DNA from: an uncultured Actinomycetota bacterium
Lineage (GTDB): Bacteria > Actinomycetota > Actinomycetes > JAFAQI01
Direction: 5' to 3'
Length of the DNA stretch: 64,000 nucleotides
Assembly (NCBI GenBank): GCA_963770565.1
Contig: CAVYQE010000001.1
Location: 1,472,001-1,536,000 of the forward strand
The notes under the pieces are model-generated. The model was given only the letters and a program-made list of their open reading frames with translations. It was not told the origin of the DNA and made no database searches. Below, piece after piece: positions 34,429 to 44,922 of this stretch. The translations under genes were made by a program, and so were the position numbers. The stretch's first letter is position 1. Each line of letters opens with the position of its first letter.

Positions 34429-35169
34429 CTACGGGGCGCGGGTCTTGCCGGGCCGTGTCAGCGAGTGCCGCGCGCACGCACACGGCTTCGGCGCCTGGGC
34501 GATCAGCCCGTCCATCATCAACGCCAGCGCGGTCTCGAAGATTTCGTCGTCCGCGATGTCGGGCAGCGCCGTGCGCAACCGCCAGATGTTCGGATAGTCG
34601 GAGCGCTTGACGCCGAGGTAGGCCTGCGTCCACGCCGCCCCGTCGTAGCTCTGCTGGTCGTCGGTGAGGGAGAAGAAGGCAGCTTCGGACCCGGCCCAGG
34701 CGAGCGTGAAGTCGCCGAACCCGCGGTAGATCCGGGCCGCGACGGCACCGGTGAACCCGGCCTCGAGAACCGCGCCGATGAGGAGCTCCACCACCTGCAT
34801 CTCGGCCGGCCGTCGGGTCGTCCGGCAGGCCGACAGCATCGCCGCCGCCGGGTGCGCCAGATATGTCAGGCGCAACTCCCGGGCCACCTCGATGAGAGTC
34901 TCCACCCAGCAGTCATGCGGTGAGAGGTTCGCTGCCGACTCCTCGACCAGCCGGTCGGCGATCGCTAGCAGCAGGTCGTCCTTGCTGGCGAAGTGCCGGT
35001 AGACGGCGGTCTGGTCGGCGCCCAGGGCTCGGCCGAGCTTCGGCAGGCTGAACCCGGCCACGCCGTAGAGGTCGAGCAACCGAAGGCTTTCGGTCACGAT
35101 CATCTCCGGGGTCAGCGTGCCGCGCTTCAGTCCCCGTCGTGGCCGAGCGGCGACGGCCGGCTGTGCCAT
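34429..35169 (-). CDS. TetR/AcrR family regulator (TetR_C type), divergent from amidohydrolase operon
   Basis: FSLPKLGRALGADQTAVYRHFASKDDLL. Confidence 0.88.
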   Translation of the reverse strand: MAQPAVAARPRRGLKRGTLTPEMIVTESLRLLDLYGVAGFSLPKLGRALGADQTAVYRHFASKDDLLLAIADRLVEESAANLSPHDCWVETLIEVARELRLTYLAHPAAAMLSACRTTRRPAEMQVVELLIGAVLEAGFTGAVAARIYRGFGDFTLAWAGSEAAFFSLTDDQQSYDGAAWTQAYLGVKRSDYPNIWRLRTALPDIADDEIFETALALMMDGLIAQAPKPCACARHSLTRPGKTRAP

Positions 35170-35259
35170 TGGTGCGCCCTCCCAGCGAGGTCTCGCGCGA
35201 CAAATCGGCCCATTTGAACCGCAGTGCAAACGACTCGCGAAGACTCTTAGTCCAAGCCC

Positions 35260-35301
35260 TTGACATGACTATGACACAGTGATTCGGTGCCGTCATTAGT
35301 C
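35260..35301. promoter_or_regulatory. Putative promoter/operator between TetR and amidohydrolase
   Basis: TTGACA at 35260-35265 followed by imperfect inverted repeat GACTATGAC...GTCATTAGTC. Confidence 0.4.
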
Positions 35302-35311
35302 GATCTGTGAG

Positions 35312-36961
35312 GTGATGGTGCCGGGCACCGATCGCGAGTTGTTCTTCACGAACGGCACCATCTTCGATGGTCACCGGTTCCTCGATGCCGGCACCGGCGT
35401 GGTCGTGAAAGGCGCGCGGATCTCCTCGGTCGACGCGGATGCCACCCCCGGCTCGGCCGAGCCGGTCGACCTCGCCGGCGGCACCTTGGTGCCGGGCTTC
35501 ATCGACTCCCACGCGCACCCGGTGTTCGCCGGCAACCAGATGCGGCACTGCGACCTGCGCGAGGCGAGTACGGCGGAGGGCTACGTCGAGCTAGTCGCCG
35601 CCTACGCGCGCACCCACCCCGACGAGGAGTGGATCTCCGGCGGCGGCTGGTCGATGCAGGCCTTTCCGAACGGCATCCCGACCCGCGACCTGCTCGATGC
35701 CGTCGTTCCCGACCGGCCGGTGTTCCTGCCCAACCGCGACGGCCATGGCGCCTGGGTCAACAGCAAGGCGCTCGAGCTCGCGGGTGTCGACGCCGGCACG
35801 CCGGACCCGTCCGACGGCCGGATCGAGCGCGACAGTGCCGGCCAACCGGTCGGCACGTTGCAAGAGGGTGCGTCGGTGCTCGTCGGGCGGCTGCTGCCGG
35901 CGGTGACCGCCGACGGCTGGTACGACGCGCTGCAGATCGCGCAGCGTCACCTGCTCGCACTCGGTATCACCGGGTGGCAGGACGCGATCCTCGGCGACTA
36001 CCAGGAGGGCGCCGACCCGCTGCCGGCGTACCTGCGGGCCGCCGGCGACGGGACCCTGGTGGCCAGCGTGGTCGGCGCGCTCTGGTGGGACCGCAGCCGC
36101 GGTCTCGAGCAGCTGCCGAGCCTGATCGAGCGCCGCCAGCGCTGGCACAGCGACCGATTCCGCGCCACCAGCGTGAAGATGATGCTGGACGGCGTCGCGG
36201 AGAACCACACCGCCGCGATGCTCGAGCCGTATCTCGGCACCGACGAGTGCACCGGCGACCACACCGGGCTGGACTTCATCGACCCGGTCGAGCTGCCGCG
36301 CTACGTCACCCGGCTCGACCAGGAGGGCTTCCAGGTCCACTTCCACGCGCTCGGCGACCGCGCGGTGCGCAACGCCCTCGACGCGATCGCGGCGGCCCGG
36401 CAGGCGAGTGGGTCGATGCAGCGCCGCCACCACATCGCGCACCTGCAGGTCATCCACCCCGACGACATCGCGCGGTTCGCGCAGCTGTCGGCCACCGCCA
36501 ACTTGCAGGCGCTGTGGGCGACCCATGAGCCGCAGATGGACGAGCTGACCATCCCGTTCCTCGGCGAGCGCCGCAGCGGCTGGCAGTACCCATTCCGTTC
36601 ACTACACGACGCCGGCGCCGCGCTGTGCGGCGGCAGTGACTGGCCGGTGAGCAGCCCCGACCCGCTGCTCGGCATCCACGTCGCGGTCAATCGCAGCCTG
36701 CCGACGGACGTCGGCGGCGAGGGCAACGACCCGTTCCTGCCCGACCAGGCGATCGCGCTCACCACGATGCTGGCCGCCTACACCTCGGGCAGCGCCGAGG
36801 TGAACGGCGTCGCCGACCGGGCCGGCACGATCCGCCCCGGCATGGACGCCGACTTCGCGGTGATCGACACCGACCTGCGCCATCTCGACCCCACCGATAT
36901 CTGCCGGTCCACCGTTCGCCAGACCTGGGTTCGCGGTGACCTCGTTCACGATGCCCACTGA
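35312..36961 (+). CDS. Amidohydrolase 3 family (YtcJ/NfdA-like)
   Basis: PGFIDSHAH, DGHGAWVNSKAL, KMMLDG, HFHALGDRA, HHIAH, GSDWPV. Confidence 0.9.
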   Translation: MMVPGTDRELFFTNGTIFDGHRFLDAGTGVVVKGARISSVDADATPGSAEPVDLAGGTLVPGFIDSHAHPVFAGNQMRHCDLREASTAEGYVELVAAYARTHPDEEWISGGGWSMQAFPNGIPTRDLLDAVVPDRPVFLPNRDGHGAWVNSKALELAGVDAGTPDPSDGRIERDSAGQPVGTLQEGASVLVGRLLPAVTADGWYDALQIAQRHLLALGITGWQDAILGDYQEGADPLPAYLRAAGDGTLVASVVGALWWDRSRGLEQLPSLIERRQRWHSDRFRATSVKMMLDGVAENHTAAMLEPYLGTDECTGDHTGLDFIDPVELPRYVTRLDQEGFQVHFHALGDRAVRNALDAIAAARQASGSMQRRHHIAHLQVIHPDDIARFAQLSATANLQALWATHEPQMDELTIPFLGERRSGWQYPFRSLHDAGAALCGGSDWPVSSPDPLLGIHVAVNRSLPTDVGGEGNDPFLPDQAIALTTMLAAYTSGSAEVNGVADRAGTIRPGMDADFAVIDTDLRHLDPTDICRSTVRQTWVRGDLVHDAH

Positions 36962-36994
36962 TCTCATCCGCCCGGACCGACCCGAGGAGATCCG

Positions 36995-38641
36995 ATGAAC
37001 CCCAGCCGACGCTCCGCCCGTGCAGTCCTGGCCGTGGTCGTGGTCGCGCTGATTGCCGCGGCTTGCGGCCGCTCGGCCTCCTCCGGAGGCGGTACGGCAG
37101 GCAACGTCTCGCCGACCAAGGGCCTGGTGACGACCTCACCGGCCGGGACCAAGCCGGTGGCGTCGGTGACCTGGGCGGTCTACCGCGACGTCAACTCCCT
37201 CGACCCGATCTACGCGTTCGACTACCCGGAGAACACTGCGATCTCGCTCATGTGCGAGTCGTTGTTGCTCCAGGCGCCCGACGGCTCGATCGGGCCTGGT
37301 CTGGCCACCCTGACCAACCCGACTCCGACCACGATGGTCTTCACCCTCAAGTCGGGCGTGACGTTCTGGGACGGCCACCCGGTCACCGCGGCCGACGTCG
37401 TCTACAGCCTCGACCGCAACACGACTGCCTCGCTCGGCGGCTTCTATGGCGCGGTGTTCTCGCGGGTGAAGTCGATCGCGGCGACCGGCTCCAACCAGGT
37501 CACGATCACCTTGAAGCAGCCCGACTTCTGGCTGGCCGGCGAGCTGGCCTCGATGGCCGGAGTGGTCATCGAGAAGGCATACGCGCAGAAGGAAGGGAAG
37601 AAGTACGGCACGCCGGGCGGCGGCATCATGTGCACGGGCGACTACAAGCTGCAGTCGTTCACGCCGGGCGTTGGCGTGACCGCGGTCGTCAACCCGCACT
37701 ACTGGAACACCGCCGTACACCCGATGGTGGCGAAAATCCTTCTCAAAGGTGTGCCGGACACCTCGTCGTTCACCTCCGGGCTCATCACCGGCGGTATCCA
37801 GGGCGGCTACACCCTCGGGCTCGACACGCTGAACCAGCTCGAGTCCAACAAGAACGTCAGTGTCTTTCAGGGCCCGGGGCAGTCCACCGACGCGCTGATC
37901 GTGTCCAACCCGAAGGGCGTCCTCGGCGACGTCCGGGTCCGCCAGGCACTCTCCGACGCCCTGAACCGGCAAGGCATCATCAACTCGGTCTACAAGGGCG
38001 CCGCACTGTTGCCGCGATGGATCGCCAACCCGGGCGCCTTCGGCTACGGCCAGTCGGTGTTCGACGCGGCGTACGCGAAGTCACCGGTGATGACGCAGAA
38101 CCTCACCGAGGCGAAGAAGCTCATCACCCAGGCCGGCGCGGCCGGAAAGACGCTGACGATCGGCACGTCCAGCCAGCTCAACAACATCGCCGCGGTGACC
38201 GGCGCCTATCAGGCGGCCGCTTCGGCGATCGGCTTGAAGGTGAAGCTCAGGTCAGTCTCGGCGCAGAACTACATCAACTTCTTCACCGAGGCCAAGGCCC
38301 GGCAGGGCGTCGACGGGTTCCTCACGGTCAACTACGGCGACTACGCCGACCCGGCCGCGCTGCTCGCGACGATCGTGCTCCCGACCGGTAGTCAGAACTA
38401 CGACGGCTATAACAACGCCCAGATGACGTCGCTGCTCGAGCAGGCCCGGGGCACGGCCGACCCGAACAAGCGCGCCCAGCTGGTCGCGCAGGCCGAGACT
38501 CTGGCCGCGAAGACGTTGCCGTGGATCCCGGACGTGCAGCCGACCAACGTGCTGCTCATGCACAAGGGGCTGTCCGGAGCGGTCGCGTCCTTCTCCTACA
38601 TGTTCGCGCCTTGGGCGAACAGCCTCGGCGGGACCGGCTGA
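36995..38641 (+). CDS. Peptide/opine-type (family 5) ABC substrate-binding lipoprotein
   Basis: Lipobox AAAC, SLDP, FTLKSGVTFWDG.PVTAADV.YSL, VRQALS.A.NR. Confidence 0.88.
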   Translation: MNPSRRSARAVLAVVVVALIAAACGRSASSGGGTAGNVSPTKGLVTTSPAGTKPVASVTWAVYRDVNSLDPIYAFDYPENTAISLMCESLLLQAPDGSIGPGLATLTNPTPTTMVFTLKSGVTFWDGHPVTAADVVYSLDRNTTASLGGFYGAVFSRVKSIAATGSNQVTITLKQPDFWLAGELASMAGVVIEKAYAQKEGKKYGTPGGGIMCTGDYKLQSFTPGVGVTAVVNPHYWNTAVHPMVAKILLKGVPDTSSFTSGLITGGIQGGYTLGLDTLNQLESNKNVSVFQGPGQSTDALIVSNPKGVLGDVRVRQALSDALNRQGIINSVYKGAALLPRWIANPGAFGYGQSVFDAAYAKSPVMTQNLTEAKKLITQAGAAGKTLTIGTSSQLNNIAAVTGAYQAAASAIGLKVKLRSVSAQNYINFFTEAKARQGVDGFLTVNYGDYADPAALLATIVLPTGSQNYDGYNNAQMTSLLEQARGTADPNKRAQLVAQAETLAAKTLPWIPDVQPTNVLLMHKGLSGAVASFSYMFAPWANSLGGTG

Positions 38642-38646
38642 GCCGG

Positions 38647-39597
38647 ATGCGGCTGCGCTTCTTCGGCCGCCGCCTGGCGATGCTGCTCGCCAGCCTGCTG
38701 GTCGCGAGCTTCGTCATCTTCGCGGCGATGTACCTCGCGCCCGGCAACCCGGTCGCCGCGCTGTCCGGCGGTCGACCACTCCCGCCGAGCAGCCTGCGGA
38801 TCCTCGAGGCGCGCTACCACCTCAACGATCCGTTCCTCACGCAGTACTGGTACTGGCTGCGCAACGCGCTGCACGGCAACCTGGGCGTGTCGATCCTGTT
38901 GCGCGAGAACGTCTCCACGTTGATCGCGTCCCGGATGTGGACCACTGCCGGCCTGGTTCTCTACGCGGCACTGATCATCGTCGTACTCGGGATCGGGCTC
39001 GGCATCGTCGCCGGCCTGCGGCCGGGCAGGCTCGACACCAGCGCGCTCGTCATCACCGCGGTGTCCGCGGCCATCCCGGCCTTCGTCGCGGCGATCGCGC
39101 TGATCCTCGTGTTCGCGGTGAAGCTGGGCTGGTTCCCGGCGCTCGGCAACGGCACCGACCTGGTCAGCAACATCAAACACTTCACCCTGCCGGCGATCGC
39201 GCTCGCGATCTCCTCGCTCGGCATTGTCGCCCGCGTGACGCGGGCGAGCGTGCGCGAGGAGAGCGGGCGCGAGCACGTGCAGACCGCGATCAGCCGCGGC
39301 ATCCCGACCCGGCAGCTGATCCGGCGGCACATCCTGCGCAACGCCGCGATCCCGATCACCACGATCTCGGGCATCACGATCGCGTCGCTGATCGCCGTTG
39401 CGGCGGTGGTCGAGACCGCGTTCAGCCTGAACGGTCTCGGCGCATACCTGGTCCAGGCCGCCGGCTCTAAGGACCTGGCCGTCGTTCAGGGGATCTCGCT
39501 GGTGCTCGTCCTCGCCTTCGTCGTGGTCAATGTGCTGGTCGACGTCATGTACGCCGTCCTCGACCCGAGGGTCTCGCTCGGGAGCCGGGCGCAGTGA
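38647..39597 (+). CDS. ABC transporter permease (DppB-like)
   Basis: PGNP, QY..WL...LHGNLGVS, H.TLPA.AL, HILRNA.IP, VETAF. Confidence 0.9.
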   Translation: MRLRFFGRRLAMLLASLLVASFVIFAAMYLAPGNPVAALSGGRPLPPSSLRILEARYHLNDPFLTQYWYWLRNALHGNLGVSILLRENVSTLIASRMWTTAGLVLYAALIIVVLGIGLGIVAGLRPGRLDTSALVITAVSAAIPAFVAAIALILVFAVKLGWFPALGNGTDLVSNIKHFTLPAIALAISSLGIVARVTRASVREESGREHVQTAISRGIPTRQLIRRHILRNAAIPITTISGITIASLIAVAAVVETAFSLNGLGAYLVQAAGSKDLAVVQGISLVLVLAFVVVNVLVDVMYAVLDPRVSLGSRAQ

Positions 39598-39607
39598 GGG
39601 TCGACCG

Positions 39608-40465
39608 ATGACGACCGCAGTGGCGCTGCCGGTCCTCACCGCTCAGCGCGGCCGGGTCCTCGGCCGGCTGAGGGCCACCGGCCCGGCCGGCCTGATCTCG
39701 GCGACCCTGATCGGCCTCGCCCTGATCGCTGCCGTGTTCGGTCCGCTGCTCGCTCCGCACGACCCGAACCTGCCGAACCTGTCGCTGTCGTTCGTCGGCC
39801 CGACCTCGGGCCACCTGCTCGGCTTCGACTACGTCGGGCGGGACGTGCTGTCGCGACTGCTCGTGGGTGCGCAGTCATCGCTGCTCGGTCCGCTCGTCGT
39901 CGTCGCGATCAGCATCACGCTCGGAGCGGTGCTCGCCGTGACGGCGGCCTGGCGACAGGGCACCTTCGACACGGTCGTCTCCGCGGGGCTCGACATCCTG
40001 TTCGCCTTCCCCGGGATCCTGCTCGCGGTCCTGGCGACCGCGGTGTTCGGCCCGGGACTCACCGCGGCGTCGCTGGCGCTGTCCGTCGCGTACATGCCGT
40101 ACGTCGCGCGGGTGCTGCGCGGCGCGGCGTTGCGCGAACGCAGCCAGCCGTACGTCGCCGCGTTGGAGGTGCAGGGCGCATCGGCACCGGCGATCTGCCT
40201 GCGGCACCTCATTCCGAACCTTTCGCCGCTGATCGTCGCGCAGGCCACCGTGACCTTCGGTTACGCGATGGTCGACCTCGCCGCGATCTCCTTCCTCGGC
40301 CTCGGGGTCCAGCCGCCGACCGCGAACTGGGGCGTGATGATCTCGGAGAACCAGACCGGCATCGCCCAGGGCTATCCGCTCCCGGCGCTGGCCGCCAGCG
40401 TGTGCATCGTCGTCGTGGTCGTGGCGATCAACATCCTTGGCGAACGCCTCTTCGAGCAGGCGTAG
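39608..40465 (+). CDS. ABC transporter permease (DppC-like)
   Basis: HLLGFD.VGRDVLSRLL.GA, AFPGILLA, RHLIPN, SFLGLG.QPP...WG.MI. Confidence 0.9.
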   Translation: MTTAVALPVLTAQRGRVLGRLRATGPAGLISATLIGLALIAAVFGPLLAPHDPNLPNLSLSFVGPTSGHLLGFDYVGRDVLSRLLVGAQSSLLGPLVVVAISITLGAVLAVTAAWRQGTFDTVVSAGLDILFAFPGILLAVLATAVFGPGLTAASLALSVAYMPYVARVLRGAALRERSQPYVAALEVQGASAPAICLRHLIPNLSPLIVAQATVTFGYAMVDLAAISFLGLGVQPPTANWGVMISENQTGIAQGYPLPALAASVCIVVVVVAINILGERLFEQA

Positions 40466-40473
40466 CGACCGCC

Positions 40474-41478
40474 ATGTCTGGGTCCAGCCAGCCGTTGCTC
40501 GATGTGAGCGGCTTGACCGTGCGCCTTGACGTCGGCGGCACCAAGCAAGCGGTGCTGAACGACGTCTCGCTCGCGGTCCGGCCCGGTGAAGCACTCGGCC
40601 TGGTGGGCGAGTCCGGCTCCGGCAAGTCGATGACCGCGCGCGCGATCGACCGGCTATTGCCGCGCGGCGCGGTCGTCGAGGGCAGCATCCGGTTCGACGA
40701 CGACGAGGTCTCGGCGCTGACCGGACCGCCGCTGCGCCGGTTTCGCAGCCAGGTCGCGATGATCTTTCAGGATCCGCGCGCCCATGTGAACCCGGTCCGG
40801 CGGATCGGCGACTTCATGACCGAGGCGCTGCGGACCAACCTCGGGGTCGCAAGCGATGACGCGCACGAGCGCGCCGCGCAGATGCTCGCACAGGTCGGCA
40901 TCGATCACGGCGAGAAACGCCTGCGGCAATACCCGCACGAGCTGTCCGGCGGGATGCTGCAGCGGGTGATGATCGCGAGCGCGCTGCTCACCAAGCCGCG
41001 CCTGCTGCTCGCCGACGAGCCGACCACCGCGCTCGACGTGACGACCCAGGCCGAGGTGATGGCGATCCTCGACGAGCTTCGGCGCGACTTCGGCCTGGCG
41101 ATGCTCTTCATCACCCACGACCTCGAGCTCGCGGCCGCGATCTGCGACCGCACCGCGGTGATGTACGCCGGGCGGATCGTCGAGAACCGCGACTCGGCGT
41201 TGTTGCACAGTGACCCGCTGCACCCGTACACCGCGGCGCTGGCCGCGGCGCGTCCCGACATCGACCGGACCGCGCACCGGTTGCTGGCGATTCCGGGCCG
41301 CCCGCTCTCGGCGTTCGAGGCACCGGCCGGCGAGTGCGCGTTCGCCGCACGCTGCCCGCACGCGCGGGACGAGTGCCGGACCGGCGTACCGGAGTTGATC
41401 GAGCTCGACGGCGGGGCCACCCGCTGCGTCCGGGCGGTCGAGCTGCGCGGCCAGCTGGGGGTGAGCCGGCATGGCTGA
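40474..41478 (+). CDS. ABC transporter ATP-binding protein (DppD-like)
   Basis: GESGSGKS, YPHELSGGM.QR, ADEPTTALD, HPYT, C-terminal Cys cluster. Confidence 0.92.
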   Translation: MSGSSQPLLDVSGLTVRLDVGGTKQAVLNDVSLAVRPGEALGLVGESGSGKSMTARAIDRLLPRGAVVEGSIRFDDDEVSALTGPPLRRFRSQVAMIFQDPRAHVNPVRRIGDFMTEALRTNLGVASDDAHERAAQMLAQVGIDHGEKRLRQYPHELSGGMLQRVMIASALLTKPRLLLADEPTTALDVTTQAEVMAILDELRRDFGLAMLFITHDLELAAAICDRTAVMYAGRIVENRDSALLHSDPLHPYTAALAAARPDIDRTAHRLLAIPGRPLSAFEAPAGECAFAARCPHARDECRTGVPELIELDGGATRCVRAVELRGQLGVSRHG

Positions 41479-42292
41479 GGCCCAGACGGCGATTCTCGCG
41501 GTGAGCGGGCTGCGCAAGGAGTTCGGCGACCTGGTCGCAGTGGACGACGTGTCGTTCGAGCTCGAGGCCGGCCGGTCGCTCGCGATCGTGGGGGAGTCCG
41601 GCTCGGGCAAGACGACGATCGCCCGGATGATCGTGGGTCTCGAGCGGCCGACCAGCGGCTCGATCACGGCGTGCGGCGAGGACCGGTCCCGTCCGGCCCG
41701 GTCGGCTAAGGACCGGCGCCGGCGCGGTCGGGAGGTGCAGATCGTCTTCCAGGATCCGTACACCAGTCTCGACCCGCGGCAGACCGCCGAGGACACGATC
41801 GACGAGGTGCTGAGGCTGCATCACGGCTGGTCGGCCACGCGGAGGCGGGAGCGGATCGCCGAGCTGGTCGAGCTGGTCGGCCTCGACTCCCGGCAGGCCA
41901 CGGCACTGCCCCGCGCGCTGTCGGGCGGCCAGCGGCAGCGGGTCGCGATCGCCCGTGCGCTGGCGGCCGAGCCGCGGATCCTGATCCTCGACGAGTCGGT
42001 CGCGGCGCTCGACGTCTCGATCCAGGCCCAGGTGCTCAACCTGCTCGCCGACATCCGCGACGAGACCGCGGTCTCCTACATCCTGGTGAGCCACGACCTC
42101 GCCGTGGTCCGGCAGCTCACCGACGACACGATCGTGCTCCGCCGCGGGGTGGTCGTCGAGCACGGCCCGACGGCGACCGTGCTCGACCGGCCCCAGCACG
42201 TCTACACCCAGCTCCTGCGTTCGAGCGTTCCGCGTCCCGGCTGGCAACCGCGCCGGCGGGGCATCACTGACCCGGAGGACCCCACGCCATGA
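41471..42292 (+). CDS. ABC transporter ATP-binding protein (DppF-like)
   Basis: GESGSGKT, FQDPY.SLDPR, LSGGQRQR, DES..ALD. Confidence 0.92.
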   Translation: MAEAQTAILAVSGLRKEFGDLVAVDDVSFELEAGRSLAIVGESGSGKTTIARMIVGLERPTSGSITACGEDRSRPARSAKDRRRRGREVQIVFQDPYTSLDPRQTAEDTIDEVLRLHHGWSATRRRERIAELVELVGLDSRQATALPRALSGGQRQRVAIARALAAEPRILILDESVAALDVSIQAQVLNLLADIRDETAVSYILVSHDLAVVRQLTDDTIVLRRGVVVEHGPTATVLDRPQHVYTQLLRSSVPRPGWQPRRRGITDPEDPTP

Positions 42293-43704
42293 CCGACCTG
42301 TGTTACATCTCGGCGACCGACGCGCTGCACAGCTTCGCCGCGGGCGAGCTCTCGCCGGTCGAGCTCGTCGAAGCGGTGATCGCCCGCGCCGAGGTGGTGG
42401 AGCCGACCATCAACGCCTTCGCCGACACCTTTTTCGACGAGGCGCTGACCAAGGCCAAGGAGGCCGAGGCGCGGTTCGCCGCGGGTGACGCGCGTCCGCT
42501 CGAGGGCCTGCTGGTCGCAGTCAAGGAGGAGGCGCCGATCGCCGGTCAGCGCTGGACCCAGGGCTCGCTCGCCTTGCGCGACGAGGTCGCCGACCACACC
42601 GCGGTGTTCGCGCAACGGATCATCGACGCCGGGGGCATCGTGCATGCGCGTACGACGACGCCGGAGTTCTCGTGCGCGCCGGTGACCTGGACCAAGCTGT
42701 GGGGCGTCACCCGCAACCCGTGGAACCCCGAGTTCTCGCCCGGCGGGTCGAGCGGCGGCTCTGGTGCATCGCTCGCGGCCGGCTCCACGACCCTGGCCAC
42801 CGGCTCGGACATCGGCGGGTCGATCCGGATCCCGTCGTCGTTCTCCGGTGTCGTCGGCTTCAAGCCGCCGTACGGCCGGGTGCCCGAGGTCGAGATCTTC
42901 AACCTCGACCACTACTGCCACGAGGGCCCGATGGCGCGCACGGTCGCCGACTGCGCGCTGCTCGAGAACGTGATCGCCGGACCGCACCCGAGCGACATCG
43001 TGTCGCTGCGGCCGAAGCTCGAGGTTCCGACGACGTACGACTCGATTGCCGGGATGCGGATCGCGGTGAGCGCCGACCTCGGCTGCTATGACGTCGACCC
43101 GGATGTTGCTGCGGCGACCGAGCAAGCCGTCGAGCGGCTCCGGGACGCCGGCGCGACGGTGGAGCCGGTGGAGTTGCCATGGCAGCTCGAGGACATCAGC
43201 CGCGCGGCCAACGCGCACTTCGGGATGATCTTCGGTCCGTCGATTGCTGAGATCTACGTCGCGGACAGCGACGGCTTCTGCTCCTACGTGCACGAGCTCG
43301 CCCGCGCGTCCGAGCTGATCGGCAAAGCCGAGTTCGTCGCCGGGCTTGCGCTCGAAGGCATGCTCTACCGGCCGCTCGGCGAGATCCTCGAGCGCTTTGA
43401 TGCCTTGGTGTGCCCGACGTTCGCTGTTCCGGCGCTGCCGGCCGCGTGGCAGACCCACGAGCCGGTGAGCGACCGCATCGCGACGCCGCCGGACTGGCTG
43501 GACGTGATGATGACGCTGCCGTTCAACATCGCCAGCCGCTGCCCGGTGATCAGTGTGCCGTCCGGCCGCTCGCGGGACGGCGTGCCGACCGGGCTGTCCA
43601 TCGTCGGCAAGACCTACGACGACCCCACCGTGTTCCGGATCGCGGCTGCGCACGAGGCCCGGATGCCGCGCTGGTACACCCCCGACCTCCGGCCGGCCCT
43701 GTGA
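42289..43704 (+). CDS. Amidase (amidase signature family)
   Basis: VAVKE, TRNPWN...PGGSSGGS, GSDIGGSIRIP. Confidence 0.92.
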   Translation: MTDLCYISATDALHSFAAGELSPVELVEAVIARAEVVEPTINAFADTFFDEALTKAKEAEARFAAGDARPLEGLLVAVKEEAPIAGQRWTQGSLALRDEVADHTAVFAQRIIDAGGIVHARTTTPEFSCAPVTWTKLWGVTRNPWNPEFSPGGSSGGSGASLAAGSTTLATGSDIGGSIRIPSSFSGVVGFKPPYGRVPEVEIFNLDHYCHEGPMARTVADCALLENVIAGPHPSDIVSLRPKLEVPTTYDSIAGMRIAVSADLGCYDVDPDVAAATEQAVERLRDAGATVEPVELPWQLEDISRAANAHFGMIFGPSIAEIYVADSDGFCSYVHELARASELIGKAEFVAGLALEGMLYRPLGEILERFDALVCPTFAVPALPAAWQTHEPVSDRIATPPDWLDVMMTLPFNIASRCPVISVPSGRSRDGVPTGLSIVGKTYDDPTVFRIAAAHEARMPRWYTPDLRPAL

Positions 43705-44903
43705 CGGCAGCGGAGCTGATGGCCGGGGCACCACCGTTCCTGCCCGACCAGCGGGTCACGCTCGCCAACTGGCAGGACCCGCCGTACAACCGGTGGTCGT
43801 TCCAGCATGTACGGGAACTGATCCCGACCGCCCGGATCACCCGTGGCGCCAGTGCGATCCAGCCGCTGCCGCGCGCCGACCTCGACCTGCTCGGGCTGGC
43901 GTTCCGCTCGGGGGACCGCGAGCTCACGGTCGCCGAGTTGCTTGCCGAGACCTACACCGACGGGCTCGTGGTGCTGCATCGCGGACAGGTGGTCACCGAG
44001 CACTACTTCAACGGGATGGCGCCGGACACGCCCCACCTGCTGATGTCGGTGACCAAGTCCGTCGTTGCGACCGTGGCGGGCATCCTCGCCGAGCGGGGCC
44101 GGCTTGATCTTGCCGCGCCGGTCACCGAGGTGGTGCCGGAGCTTCGCGGTACGTCATTCGACGGCGCGACCGTTCAGCACCTGCTCGACATGCGGGCCGG
44201 CACCCGCTTCGACGAGACCTACGACGACCTGGACGCCGATGTCCGGACCTTCGAGCGGGTCTACCTCTGGCGGCCCGACGACGGCGAGCCGCACGCCGTC
44301 GACGCGCTTGCCTACTTCGCCACCCTGACCAACGACGGCGCGCATGGTGGCCCGTTCCGCTACCGCTCGGTGCTCACCGACGTCCTCGGCTGGGTGGTCG
44401 AGAAGGCCGGCGGGGCTCGCCTGCACGACCTGATCGCGCGCGAGCTCTGGGCCCCGATGGGTGCGGAGTTCGATGCCGAGATCACCGTGGATGCGCACGG
44501 CAACGCGATGGCCGACGGCGGCATGTGCGCGACCCTTCGCGATCTGGCCCGGTTCGGCGACCTCTACCGGCCGGGCGCCGGGCTGGGGCTGGTCTCGGAG
44601 CCCCGGCTCGCCGACACGATCCGCGGGGCCGCGGACGGCGTACAGGCGTTCGTCGACAGTCCGGACAACACGGTGACCCCGCCGCCGGGTGCGCACTACC
44701 GGAACTGCTGGTGGATCCGCGACCCCGCGACGCCGTTCTTCCACGCCTCCGGGATCTACGGCCAGAACATCTTCCTGCACGGGCCGAGCGAGGTGACGGT
44801 CGCGAAGTTCTCCACCTGGCCGACCCCGCTGAGCCCGACGTTGCGGCAGCTCACCATCGACGGCGTACTCGCGCTGGCGGGAGCGCTCGCGGTGCCAACC
44901 TGA
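43701..44903 (+). CDS. Serine hydrolase, 6-aminohexanoate-dimer hydrolase (NylB)-like
   Basis: TLANWQ.PPYNRWSF.H.RE.IPTA, HLLMSVTKS (SxxK), HLLDM, F.YRS..TDVLGW, GIYGQ. Confidence 0.82.
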   Translation: MTAAELMAGAPPFLPDQRVTLANWQDPPYNRWSFQHVRELIPTARITRGASAIQPLPRADLDLLGLAFRSGDRELTVAELLAETYTDGLVVLHRGQVVTEHYFNGMAPDTPHLLMSVTKSVVATVAGILAERGRLDLAAPVTEVVPELRGTSFDGATVQHLLDMRAGTRFDETYDDLDADVRTFERVYLWRPDDGEPHAVDALAYFATLTNDGAHGGPFRYRSVLTDVLGWVVEKAGGARLHDLIARELWAPMGAEFDAEITVDAHGNAMADGGMCATLRDLARFGDLYRPGAGLGLVSEPRLADTIRGAADGVQAFVDSPDNTVTPPPGAHYRNCWWIRDPATPFFHASGIYGQNIFLHGPSEVTVAKFSTWPTPLSPTLRQLTIDGVLALAGALAVPT

Positions 44904-44922
44904 TCGGGCGTAGGTTCGGCGT